A stretch of DNA of 62,351 nucleotides, filler included, from Dugesia japonica (lineage: Eukaryota): the NCBI GenBank assembly GCA_001938525.1. It is 5 parts of 5 records of this genome, joined end to end, with 100 filler letters (N's around TTAATTAATTAA, not from the genome) between each part and the next. Parts side by side here need not be neighbours in the genome. Positions count along the whole stretch, not along the records: positions 1 to 17,118 come from MQRL01623485.1; positions 17,219 to 27,294 come from MQRL01639952.1; 3 more parts are not named here. One strand, written 5' to 3'. The stretch's first letter is position 1; every line of letters starts with the position of its first letter. Shown one piece after another: positions 12,601 to 23,870 of the stretch. The notes below the pieces were generated by a model. It was not told where the DNA came from. It did no database searches and saw only the letters and a list, made by a program, of their open reading frames with translations. The position numbers were made by a program, and so were the translations under genes.

Positions 12601-15600
12601 AATATGACCATACTTACAGGCCAAATGCATAAGATTATATCCACACTTGAGTTAAATATTTGTTTCAACTATAAAAGTAATTAATAAAGACATTACTTTA
12701 GCAGATGCATATATATCAAATTTATTTGCAATTAATAATTTCACGATATTAATATGACAATTTATACATGCAAGATGTATGGGTTGATATTCACACTAAA
12801 TGAAAGTTAATGAATTAAATATAACAAATTAAATTACACCACTAGTTACACTGGAATCACATTTTTCAGAAATCAATATTTTCACAATGTTTATATGCCC
12901 AAATTCACTTGCAAAATGAATCGGTTGATATCCATTCTATATTATCATTTTTCATGAAATTATTTTATAATTATTACTTTATCAAACGCATTAATATTAC
13001 ATTTGTTTTCAATCAATATTTTCACAATATCAATATGACCATTCTTACAAGCAATATGTATCGGTTGATATTCAGACTACATTGCACCTACTCTTAAAAT
13101 ATTTACAATATTTAAAATAAATTACATTAGTAATTGCACTAATATCACATTTCTTTGAAATTAATAATTTGGCAATATATACATGACCCTGTTCACAAGC
13201 AAAATGTATCGGTCGGTACCCGTTCTAAATTATAATGTCTCTGTTCTTCACTTTGTAAATAATTAATTACTTTATCAGGCATATTTATATCAGATTTATT
13301 TGTAATCAACATATTTACAATATCAATATTACCATTCTCACAGGCCAAATGTATCGGTTGACATCCCTTCTAAATTAATATTCAAAATTTTGTTAATAAA
13401 AAATTAAATACTTCGTCAGATGAAATGATATTGCATTTATTTACAATTAACGTTTTTACAATATCAATATATCCATTCTTACAAGACAAATGTATCGGTT
13501 TATATCCATTCTAAGCAAACAATTAATTATAAATTATTTACTAAATATAAAATTAATTACATTATTATTTGTATTAATATTAACTTGGCTTAAAATCAGT
13601 TTGTTCACTATATCAATACGCCCATATTCACAAGCAAGATGTATTGGTTGATTTCCCATCTAAATTTATATTTATTTATATATTATATAGAAGAACTGAA
13701 TAAATTACTTTATTTGATGCATTAATGTTACAATTATTTTCAATCAATATTTCCACAATATCAATGTAGCCTTTCTTACAAGCAAAATGAATTGGTTGAT
13801 TTCCATTCTAAATTAACAATTTTGTTAAGTACACAAAGTCAATAATAAATAAACTACTCGTTTTTCAGAGGCATTAATATTACATTTATTTTCAATCAAT
13901 AATTGTACAATATCGAAATGTCCATTCTTGCATGATAAATGTATCGGTTGATATCTGTTCTAAATTAACATTTATTCAGATAACATTTAAATAAAAAAAT
14001 AACTTCATTATATGTATTAATATTACATGAATTAGCAATCAATATTTTCACAATATCAATATAACCTTTCATACAAGCAAAATGTATCGGCTGATATCCT
14101 TTCTGAATTAACATTTATTCATAAATTAATTGGAAAATAAGCAAAAGTTACATGGTCAGATGCATTGATATTACACTTGTTCGCAATCAATATTTTCATT
14201 ATATCAATTTGTCCATTCCAACTTGCTAAATGTATTGGCTGATAACCATTCTAAATTATTAATTTTCAAAATTTGTTTATTAAATAACAAAAAAAATACT
14301 TTATCAGATGCATTGATATCACATTTATTTGTAATCAATAATTTAGCAATGTCTGTATGATAGGCAAAATGTATTGGTTGATAGCCTTTCTAAATAAAGT
14401 TTATTAAAATTATTTTCTTAAAATAAAATAAATTGCTTTATTAAATTTATTGAGAATACATTGATTTTCAATCAATATCTTCACAATATCAATATGACCG
14501 TTTTTACAAGCAAAATGAATCGGTTGATTTCCACTCTAAATTAATTTATAACAATAAATATATTACTTTTTATGTTATACAAATAAAGTACTTTTTCAAA
14601 TGAATTGATATCACATTGGTTTGCAATCAATATTTGTGCAATATCAATATGACCATTTTTACAAGAGAAATGTATCGGTTGATAGTCATTCTAGCTTAAC
14701 AATAATTATTAATAGTTTTCAGCAATAAAACAAAATTACATTATTTTTTGCTTTAATATCACAATTATTTGCAATTAATATTTTAACCACCTCAATGTGA
14801 CCATGTTCACAGGCCAAATGTATTGGCTGGTTTCCATTCTAGGTTAATATATCCAAATTTTTTAATAATTAAAAGTAAATTACTTTATCAGATACATTAA
14901 TGTCACATTTATTCACTATCAATAATTTCACAATATCACTACGACCATTCTTACATGAGAAATGTATCGGTTGATTTCCATTCTAAATTAATTATTAATA
15001 TATTATTTACTAAATAGCCAATAAATTACGTTATTATTAGCATCGATCTTACATTTGTTTTCAATCAATATTTTTACAATACCGATGTGAGACTTTTCAC
15101 AGGCAAAATGTATCGGTTGATATCCATACTAAAGTTATATTTATTGATTTTAATTAATAAATTACTAAATTACTTCGTTAGATGCATTTACATCACATTT
15201 ATTTTCAATTAATATTTTAACAATATCAATGTTGCCATTCTCGCAGGCCAAATGTATCGGCAGATATCCCTTCTAAAAATAATTATTCATAATTATTAAA
15301 AATCAAAAGCACATTTGTGAAAGAATCAATTTCGCAATGATTTGACAATAATAATTTTACTAGTTCCACTCGACCATAACGGCATGCAAAATGCAAAGGG
15401 CGCCATGAATACTTCTAAAGGTTCAAATATTTAATTATAAGAATCAATGCATGTAATTAGTTCACATTTTCCATTTCTAGAAATGCAATTTTAAATTTCT
15501 TTTTAATTTCTATATCAGAATCCTTTTTGATTGATTCAATAAACAATAGATAATAGCTAAAATTAATTGAAATTATGAAATTTAAATAATGAATTAACTT

Positions 15601-15603
15601 CAT
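1305..15603 (-). CDS. Very long ankyrin-repeat protein, one ankyrin repeat per exon (at least 60 ANK exons); 3' end lies beyond the left edge of the window
   Basis: On the reverse complement each AG...GT-bounded exon translates to a 33-aa ANK unit, e.g. 1403-1305 WGNQPIHFACKYGHIDILKLLIANKCDINASNK and 15414-15313 KYSWRPLHFACRYGRVELVKLLLSNHCEIDSFTN. Exons are 90, 96, 99 or 102 nt, all phase 0. No stop codons in the roughly 20 exons translated by hand. Putative start ATG at 15603 (exon 15603-15599, intron 15598-15557, exon 15556-15466, giving MNYYLLFIESIKKDSDIEIKKKFKIAFLEMEN) is less certain than the ANK exons. Confidence 0.9.
3337..5170 (+). mobile_element. Maverick/Polinton-derived remnant in an ANK-gene intron, carrying a C-terminal fragment of protein-primed family B DNA polymerase
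   Basis: 4050-4780 gives IDDDLIAVLLNKDNVCLDRMSYIGETVLE, GDTDSFFLE (YxDTDS motif), DTSNYDKDH, PKCYSL and KKLALTNTDDKRVW, with stops and frameshifts. Starts AGTAGG at 3337 with sequence similar to the TIRs at 21797 and 24777, and ends TACCTACT at 5170. Confidence 0.75.
5285..5765 (-). mobile_element. Penelope-like retroelement 3' fragment (GIY-YIG endonuclease plus hammerhead-containing end)
   Basis: LIYKYE-C-xGCNATYIDETYRHLCKRIQEH...NFKIL matches the Penelope GIY-YIG pattern (YIGETxRxLxxRxxEH). It is followed by a CTGACGA...GAAA motif. Confidence 0.8.
5293..5332 (-). ncRNA. Degenerate minimal type I hammerhead ribozyme at the Penelope end
   Basis: Minus strand ttgc CTGACGA t tacag-atata-ctgtc GAAA cgtt TT gcg. 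The core is intact but stem I is weak and loop III is not palindromic. Confidence 0.55.
6249..7938 (-). repeat. ANK exon-intron tandem array, block B (12 exons)
   Basis: Exons 6249-6344, 6395-6493, 6537-6635, 6678-6776, 6818-6916, 6967-7065, 7109-7207, 7255-7356, 7407-7505, 7550-7651, 7699-7797, 7840-7938, each with AG/GT boundaries on the minus strand. Confidence 0.93.
7981..10030. mobile_element. About 2.05 kb non-autonomous DNA transposon with about 90 bp TIRs (Mutator-like?) inserted in an ANK intron
   Basis: 7981-8073 is the inverted counterpart of 9946-10029. Removing the element restores an intron of about 50 nt, like its neighbours. The TSD is only degenerate (aagttaata / aagtttaata). 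Confidence 0.7.
10050..15414 (-). repeat. ANK exon-intron tandem array, block A (37 exons, unit about 145 bp)
   Basis: Exon low coordinates: 10050, 10198 (partly gap), 10345, 10494, 10643, 10787, 10935, 11081, 11229 (partly gap), about 11369 (partly gap), 11518, 11663, 11815, 11962, 12112, 12257, 12399, 12544, 12697, 12838, 12978, 13126, 13271, 13412, 13561, 13709, 13858, 14004, 14152, 14300, 14437, 14592, 14740, 14884, 15030, 15174, 15313. Confidence 0.93.
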
Positions 15604-15878
15604 TTTAATGAAATATACAAAATGAGAACTGGCTAAATTCAGTCAGGGTTGGCCTAAAAAACATAAAAGAACTAAATTTTACAAAATTATTTTGTAAATA
15701 ATAATAATATTGAAATAGGAGATGAAACTCAAGTAATACAAAGATATATATGTAGATGAAAATCAAATTCTTAGACCAATAAATAATAATAATAATGAAA
15801 TGGAAGACGATGAATTATTAGAGTTATATAGATGCAGATGATGCAGTAATATAATAGGATTTATATTGCTGCAAAGCA

Positions 15879-16079
15879 TTATGATAAATATATTTTTGAA
15901 ATGGTTTTAAAACTTAAAAAATTATTTTTTTTAAAAAACCATTGATCTGTTAATTAATAAACTCAACTAATAAAAATTTATTTACCGTTTAAAACGACTT
16001 TATTTATTGACAGATCAATGGTTTTTAAAAAAAATAATTTTTTAATTTTAAAACCTTTTAAAAAATATATTTATCATAA
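15879..16079. repeat. Fold-back inverted repeat with arms of about 80 bp, made of the GATCAATGG pLTR-like repeat
   Basis: ttatgataaatatattttt...aaccattgatctgttaat pairs with attgacagatcaatggtt...aaaaatatatttatcataa. Confidence 0.8.
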
Positions 16080-16367
16080 AGATTTGTTTGCATTATTAAT
16101 AGACCCATTTGACAGTTAATTGGATAACAGCTAATCGGACGACAATTCTTTAGGAAAATATGAGTGCACATTTTTTATATAGTGTGAACTTTAACACCTT
16201 AATGTAATTAGTGAATTTTCACTCCATAAAATTTTCAAAATTTTTCGTTTAATTCATATAAAATGATGAGCCTCAAATTATTTATGAATCATGAAAAATT
16301 TTATACTTTAAACATAATTCATCATGAACTTTATTATTATTATTATTATTATTATTATTGTTGTTGT

Positions 16368-17118
16368 TGTTAGGTTATTTCTTCAATTGGTAATTGGTTA
16401 TTCAAATTAGAACTAATATTTTTAGACATTATTTATTTTTCTACTCTAAATGTAATAAGAGAAATTATTGAATAGTAGCTTAAAAATATTTATCCAGAAT
16501 TAACTCAATTTCTATTGGCTCAATAATTATTAAATAATAATTATTTCCTTATATCCCCCTTCTTAAGAAACTTTCTAAGTTTTTCCACATTTCTTTCTAA
16601 TCGCTGTCCATTTTCCCCTTGTACCGCGTATCGTCTTTCGTGAATTTTCTCAATTATTTGATAGGGTCCTTCAAATCTGTCTTCACTTTTATTTCATGTT
16701 TCTACCTTGATGAGTACCATATCGCCCACTTTGAATTCTCTTTTAGTAATCACGTCTGAAGGGTTTTCTTTAGTTCTATCTGAAAAGTCTGACTCGTACA
16801 ACTTTTCTCTGCTAATTTTCTTTTCAAATAAGAGCTCAGCCGGGCTCTTTCCAGTATTCTTCTGTTTTGCTGATGTCATTGTAAATTCTATTTCTGGTAA
16901 AAGATCTGTCCAATCTCTTGAATTTCTTTCCTGAAGTGTTCCATTAATCAAATCTCGAATTGTCCTGAACTGTCTTTCAATTTTTCCGTTGGCATTATGA
17001 TGATATGGACTCTAAAAGCAAAGTTTAATATCTAGCTTCTCTCCCATAACTCTAGATTCAAACGCTTTTCCACAATCTAATCTTATCTCTCTTGGACATC
17101 CAAATCTCAATATCCACT
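16368..17118 (-). mobile_element. Ty3/Gypsy 3' fragment: integrase end, PPT and LTR of about 186 bp (16553-16368)
   Basis: RLDCGKAFES...SPYHHNANGKIERQFRTIRDLIN...WTDLLPEIEFT...TGKSPAELLF...RFEGPYQII (rve core and GPY/F motif). PPT aagaaggggga. The LTR is homologous to 38112-38301. Confidence 0.9.
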
Positions 17119-17218
17119 NNNNNNNNNNNNNNNNNNNNNNNNNNNNNNNNNNNNNNNNNNNNTTAATTAATTAANNNNNNNNNNNNNNNNNNNNNNNNNN
17201 NNNNNNNNNNNNNNNNNN
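17119..17218. other. Artificial scaffold spacer N44-TTAATTAATTAA-N44 (also at 27295-27394, 38595-38694 and 52894-52993)
   Basis: Four identical 100-nt blocks. The 12-mer puts stop codons in all six frames. Confidence 0.95.
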
Positions 17219-18112
17219 AATATTGTTAAAGATGAATAAGTTACAGAATATAATTTTTATAAATAGCGCAATAACTTTAAATATTTGTGATGAATTAAAC
17301 TGATCAAAATAAATTTCAATTAAAAATTCTTGTTAGAGAACGTTTTAATCAGATTTTTCAATTTAATGATGGTGAATAAAATTATTTCTAAAATTTGACT
17401 TTATTTTTCGTTTGCACTATATGAATATCGAATATGATAAACTTAGTTTTTGTGTAATTATATTCTCATTATATTCATTTATTATTATCTNGTTTTCTAA
17501 TAATTAAGCAATAAGTTTAAAGAAAAAGCAGAGTACATTTTTACCAAGGATTTTATAGAACTATACATTTTTTCGATTAGGTAGTTTTCTAATTTATCGA
17601 AATGTTATTGGTAAAATGTTTATGTGCAATTCATTAAAGACATGTCATATGGTAGTACTTTAATGTGCGAAAAATAGTTTCAATAAATTTGGAGCAAATA
17701 TTTTTTACTTTGATCGTTAANNNNNNNNNNNNNNNNNNNNNNNNNNNNNNNNNNNNNNNNNNNNNNNNNNNNNNNNNNNNNNNNNNNNNNNNNNNNNNNA
17801 ATACAATCTTTCATATACGACTTTCAAATTTTGTGTCAACACATATTTCCAGACAGATATTGATTAAAAACACTGCACGAATTCAAATCATTTTCATTCA
17901 TTCATACTTTCAAATACTTTTTTCAGTTCTTCTATATTAAATCGAATAATTATTTCGAACACTATCTTAATTTTTAAATGTTTTTTGTTTTAATCAAANN
18001 NNNNNNNNNNNNNNNNNNNNNNNNNNNNNNNNNNNNTTTTGAATATTTATTGTTTATAATACGATATTGTAGAACGTAATTCAATTGAAAAATTTAGATT
18101 ATGTTTTTGTAG

Positions 18113-18630
18113 ATTATCTAACATTCAAGAACAAGAAAGCAAAAGTTCACAAAATAGTACGTGTGTAATATTTCGTTGAATTTCTCAAATTCTAATCGTA
18201 TTGAATTTAGATTCAAATAATCCTATTTTAATTAACGGGGAATTTCGAGAATTTGGGGAAACAGAATTTGAAGATTGTTGTCTCTCATTGCAGAATGAAT
18301 TTTATTCTTCTCTTAACAATGAATTATCTATTAATCATAATGAAACAACAAGTGAATCAGCTAATCAAATTTTTTTATCTGCCGATCTCTTAGCTGTGGA
18401 ACCAGTTGTTTACAGTTCTTCATATTCAGACTTATCCACTGCTTCACCAACCATAGTTTCGGTTTCTAGTCCAATATCAACAGTAGCTTGTACCAACAAT
18501 GAAAATTTAATTAATAATCATATCCAAGAGAGTCGGGAAATTTTGTTAGAATTTCTAGATTATTTTTTCTACCCTTTAATGTTGATTTTCATGTTTTTTT
18601 CATATTTTGATATTAATGAATGTTTTTTAA
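18113..18630 (+). CDS. Probable host-gene exons (18113-18156 and 18211 onward), Ser/Glu-rich linker; possibly the same gene as 24868-25233
   Basis: ag|aTTATCT...AATA|gtacgt, then a 54-nt intron, then ttag|ATTCA..., joining in frame to SNNPILINGEFREF... The 3' donor is not determined. The poly-Tyr tail of the ORF track is a (TAT)n microsatellite. Confidence 0.45.
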
Positions 18631-18656
18631 GTGGTAATCTATTATTATTATTATTA

Positions 18657-18713
<57 letters not shown>

Positions 18714-18763
18714 NNNNNNNNNNNNNNNNNNNNNNNNNNNNNNNNNNNNNNNNNNNNNNNNNN

Positions 18764-18831
<68 letters not shown>

Positions 18832-18933
18832 AGATTGCGAAATCATAAATATGTTTAGTAATAAGTCTAAAACACCAAATTAATTGTGCTTTGATCTTGT
18901 TTATAAATATGAATGTAATGGGTGTAATGCCAC

Positions 18934-20315
18934 TAGTGCATCCTATACCGGCTATATTTTTAATACCGGTAATTCGGTACTGAAAAATTACAATACCGGT
19001 ATTGAATGTTAAAAAATTAAAACATGAATAATATCTCAAATAAACAGTAAAGATTTACAGTGATTCAATAAACTTTTTTATTTTATATAAAAATTACAGA
19101 TTTATTTTCATTTTCTTTTCCTTTGTAAAATATGCCCGTAAGAAACAAAGGTCGTTGAGAATGTCATCCTCATGAGATGATCGTAATTTGGTGACAATGT
19201 TGCCACTTGCAGATAAACCACGCTCCGATTCGACACTTGTTGGCTTTACTGTTTTCAAGTTTTTGTTGGAGTTTCGCAAATATGTTCCACGAGTTCCTTC
19301 TTCTTCGAAAACTACAATCTCCTTGCGGATAGTTTTTGATAAATCTTTCTACACGTTCAATCTTCACTTATTTTTACACGTCTTATCATTCAAAATTGCC
19401 AATTCAAGCTTTTCTTTCAATGACAAGTTTGTAGGCTGTCAACAGAATCTCTATCAGATGGAACGCTGTTTGAATGGAGAGGCTCACCTGCGCGCTGAGC
19501 CGCTTTTTCAGTCGAACTATGACATTTAGTAAAGCTGATTTGCTAAGTTGCTCAAATGACAGTGCTGGATCCAAATTGTCGTATCGTTGATTACCTTTGT
19601 GCAGATATTGCAGCAAGCTAGAAAAAGTAATCCGTCGATCATTTATTCATAGCCCCAATGTAGCTTTTAATTTAACAGCTAAATCCGTGTCTCCAAGGTT
19701 ATTTACCATGAACAATGGTGTTGTATCGGCTGACAACAGTGTCGCATCATTTCGGCACAATACTTCCACGGCCACTTCACGTCCACTTATCAAATATCAA
19801 ACTGGATCACATTCCTTGCGATCGGAGACTAGTGAACTTCGATATGACCGTCTCTCGGATTGTGTTTGCGTATTTGACTACCAAATTTTGAATTGTCATC
19901 GCCGATTTCGAAACAACAAAAACCAACAGCTTTTAGTGATGTTCTCAGTTCAGCTGATGTAACAAATACGCTAAATAGCAGTCGGTCAAGGGCAGTCAAT
20001 CTAGAGAAAACTGCAGGCAACAACTGGTCATGTTGATTTTGGAAGAAATCGGTGATCGGAGATTTGGGATTTTTGGTCGATGACAACGCAACCGATGAAG
20101 ATGCTGCGTCTTGGGGCGATTTTCTCTTTAGCAAGTCGATTTCATGATTTGTTCTTAGAAGTGTATGGAGTCCACTGGTATTTCCACCATGTGATTTTAT
20201 TTCGTTGTCGCATTTCATACACTTTGCAAGTTGATTTTCTGTATCACGCAGAAAATAAAACCACACAGAATTTTCGTGCGCCGGTGCTGAACTCTTTGAA
20301 TATTTTTTGTGACAT
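18934..20315 (-). mobile_element. hAT transposon, internally deleted and frameshifted
   Basis: BED finger WFYF...AKCMKCDNEIKSHGGNTSGLHTLLRTNH. C-terminal dimerisation motif PTSVESERGLSASGNIVTKLRSS...DLCFLRAYF. Subterminal ATACCGG repeats at 18945-19000. Confidence 0.9.
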
Positions 20316-20828
20316 GTTGGTTGTTTCTGAATAATAAATTAATACAAAACTATCCATTAGACATAAAATATTTATTCTTAAATTAAATCCTTACTATTTC
20401 AATGCGAAGGTTCTAACATTAACGTATTTATTTGAATGAATTTCAATTGGAATTGTCAATAGAAGTGAATTCTTGCGCTGTTCAACAATTCAAGAACATC
20501 GTCGAGTTGGTAGTGGAAGTAATATTGCTGAACATAATATTAATTGTAAATCAGTATAAATCCTTTTAAAATTTTTTGCGAAAACTTTAAAGATTATTGG
20601 GAGAGAGAGTTATGTGTGAAGCATTGGTGATTATTAATTGATCAAAAAATTAATGTTTAAACTGGTCTTTTTAAATCTTTATTGAATGTTTTTAATTAAT
20701 TTGATTTGGAGAGGTTGCATAATTGATTACATAACCAGAACTCTTACAACATAAGCATTCTTTTAAAAAAATTTTAAAAAGGAATAAATATTGTTTTAAC
20801 AAATAATTTTAAAAAATGAATTAAATTA

Positions 20829-20873
20829 TTGTATCTGAAGATGACAGATATTCTGTCGAAACATGTAATACGA
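20829..20873 (+). ncRNA. Minimal type I hammerhead ribozyme, apparently intact
   Basis: ttgtat CTGAAGA t gacag-atatt-ctgtc GAAA CATG TA^atacga: 6-bp stem I, 5-bp stem II, palindromic CATG loop III, predicted cut after 20867. Confidence 0.85.
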
Positions 20874-22559
20874 AAATATATATTTAAATGGCGTTCCAGA
20901 GTTTTTATAAAAAAACTGCCATTTTTCTTCGATTATTTCAATTATTATTTTTATTATTATTATTAGGTATGTGTGTATTTCAAAATAAATGTCATTATTA
21001 TTCATAAAATTCAACTTTTCATACAATCACCTACGTTTCATATTTCACTAATACAATTTTATTTCTGCTAATATTCATATTGATTGGTTTACTGATCATA
21101 TTCTTCAAAAAGTTTAAAACCAATAATTTTGATAACTGTTTAAAGTGATACTAAACAATATATTTTTTAAATCTAAATTTTTATTCATGTATATCTTTAA
21201 TGGACATTTTAATTTTGCGATTAAGAGTTTGATATAGTTGACTGGTTTAGATGAATTGATTTCAAAATTGATTGGACTTCTTGTTTACTTATTATAGAAA
21301 ATGAATTGTTTAGGTATTTTTCCCATTGCATTGATTTTCTATAATTGCATTTTGCATTAAATATCTGAATTTTGATTTCTAAAACAGTGACAATTAACAG
21401 CTTTAAAATTTACAGAAATTTCAATCTTTCCAAAATTCGTCACATTTGAAAAATATGCAAGATAAACTGGAAAATTGTTTTAATAAATGAATTTTCACAT
21501 TTTATCTATGAAGTTAAGCTATTCAGTTTAATGATCTCTAATTATTCAAGTTTGTGGAAACTTCATTAATGAATAATTAAAATTTTGACTTGTTTTAGGT
21601 GTCACTACACTATCTTTGGTAACTAAAAGGCACTAAAAATGTGTGATTCTCATAGTTATATGATTAAATAATGTTTCCATCCTTTTATTAAAATAAATTT
21701 CATGAAGAAAATCTATTTACAATTTTCAATTTGATAAAAAAAATTACCAATTTGAAATTGATATATTTACTTTCAAGAAAAATATCTATTTTTACCAGTA
21801 AGTATATATTGGCACATTTTACCATCCCCCACCGACAGTTTTTTAGAAAATTTGACAGTTAGGATTTTGATTGATCGATACTTGGTTAGAAAATTTTTTC
21901 GATTTCGAATTTTATTGTTAGAAACTCGGCGTTGGAATTTTAATTTAAAATTTGTTTCCGTCAGAAATGGTCGTATAGTTACACATTTGGTACCGTTAGA
22001 CTCCATTAAAATCTGTATACATTTTCTAAAAGACTATCATCGAAAAATGCTTCACTCTTGTCAGAAAAAGGTGTGACGCGCTGGAACACTTTAGATAATA
22101 GTTATTATTTTATTGGCCAAAAATGATCGTACGGTTTCAAATTTAGCACCATTCGAGTCAAAATAAAAAAAACTGTCTAGACGTTTTCTAAAGGAATACT
22201 AACGAAAAATGGTTAGTTTTCGTTCGAAATTATTGTGATGCACTGGTGCATTTGAAATTTGGTTTATAATTTTATGAATTGAAAATAATTCTGTGGCTTT
22301 GAATTTGGTGTCATTAGGCTCAGAACTAAAAACTGCCTATATTTAAATATTTATTTAACTTTTTTTTAAAATAGTAATAAACTCAAAAAATTTGTAAATA
22401 TTTTAAATGTATTAAAAACTTTTAATATTTATTACTTAACATTTTTCACAAACGTAATCATACTTATTTCAATTTAATCTTAAAAAAATATATTTTGTAT
22501 GAAATTTCAACGAAATGATAAAATTTAAAACTCAGTCTTTTTAAACACATTCGTAGAAC

Positions 22560-23260
22560 TCATTAAGTATCATCATGTCCACCTCAAATACATCTACAAA
22601 TACATATCTCGTTATTGGTTATATTGCATTTTGCTCTTTTAATTCTATTTGATGTCCTATCAGTACCGATGATTCAACTCAAACATGTTTCATCATCAAT
22701 TTTGCATCCAACAATACATATTTGGGTTCATCGGTTACAGATTTAAAACACATTCTTGGAGATGATCTTTTCATTCGAATAAGTAAATTAACCCCAGGAA
22801 TAAGATATTTTGGTTGATACATGAAATTAAACTGCAATGAACCACATTTTTCTATCTTTGTCTTCATACCCGATTGCTGAATGACAAATATTCTTACTGT
22901 CTTCATTATAATTCAAAATAGTTTCAATCATTGCTTTTTGAATGAGTTTCATTATCAATTTTTTTTGATATTATTATATGCAAGAATAACATCTTTAAAC
23001 AGAGTAAAAGGCATGTAGTTGATGCATTTTATTTTTCATCCAAACTTTTTCCATTCTTGCCAACTACTTTACCTGGACATACAATAAAGTATCATTTAAA
23101 TCCAAATATTGTGTTTACGATTTATTTATTAAAAACTACATAATTTCTTCCTTCAGAACTAGAATCCATTGGAAATACATCCTCAAATGATCCATATTCA
23201 ATAAAAGCTTCAGGTGATGTTCGATCAAAAATACACAACACAGTTTTTCTGCAAACCATT
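22560..23260 (-). pseudogene. Maverick major capsid protein (double jelly-roll) remnant
   Basis: EYGSFEDVFP, YLDLNDTLLYVQVKVV, GSLQFNFMYQPKYLIPGVNLLIRMKRS, DAKLMMKHV and VLIGHQIELKEQNAIYPITR follow the Maverick MCP pattern, interrupted by stops and frameshifts. Confidence 0.75.
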
Positions 23261-23870
23261 TTTTAAATATAGTTCCCTAGCCATTCATTCGTTTGTTTGT
23301 ACTTGAGTGTTTGCTTTTTATTCCAGCACCTTTAAATTTTGATTCTTTTTTAGTGATGTCTTTTTGAATCATCTTTGATACTTCTGGAGAAGATATAAAA
23401 TTGTTGAATTCAAATATTGCATTTTATTATTTAAATTCAAAACTTTACAACTCTTCATAAGTTTTAATTTATTATCACAAGTTTTTTATTAAAATAAAAT
23501 AAATATAAAGAATACTCCATACTATTCAATCAAATAATCTGAGAAATTTAATTCCGATTTTCAATAAATATTTTTTAAAAATCGATTTTAATTTTACAAA
23601 ATATTTTTACTTTACATATATTTTTAATTATTTTTCAACATAATTTCTTAATATAATTTTATACTTTTATAATTTTGCCTAATATAATATAAATAAATTA
23701 TTTAAATTAATTTGCCTTTAAGAAATGTTTTATATTTTAAAAATCTGTTCTTATTTTTTTACACTAATATTTGAATGTTTCAAAAAATAAATTTTAATAT
23801 AATATAAAATATACCAAATTAAAAAATTTCCCAGATATTTAAAATCTATGAATCACTCTTACACTTTTAA

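Noticed and set aside
1658-13097. Plus-strand ORFs over the array (1658, 6270, 10186, 10428, 11237, 11526, 11898, 12909)
   Set aside because: They are antisense shadows of the ANK exons, often extended through N gaps.
1305-15414. CRISPR-like repeat-spacer array
   Set aside because: The repeats are 99-nt diverged coding exons with AG/GT boundaries, and the spacers are AT-rich introns. There are no cas genes and the context is eukaryotic.
21030-21480. Possible leucine-rich-repeat gene fragment on the minus strand (FKQLSKLLVLNF...NISRNKI; NCHC)
   Set aside because: Only one or two weak repeats, in-frame stops and no consistent splice model.
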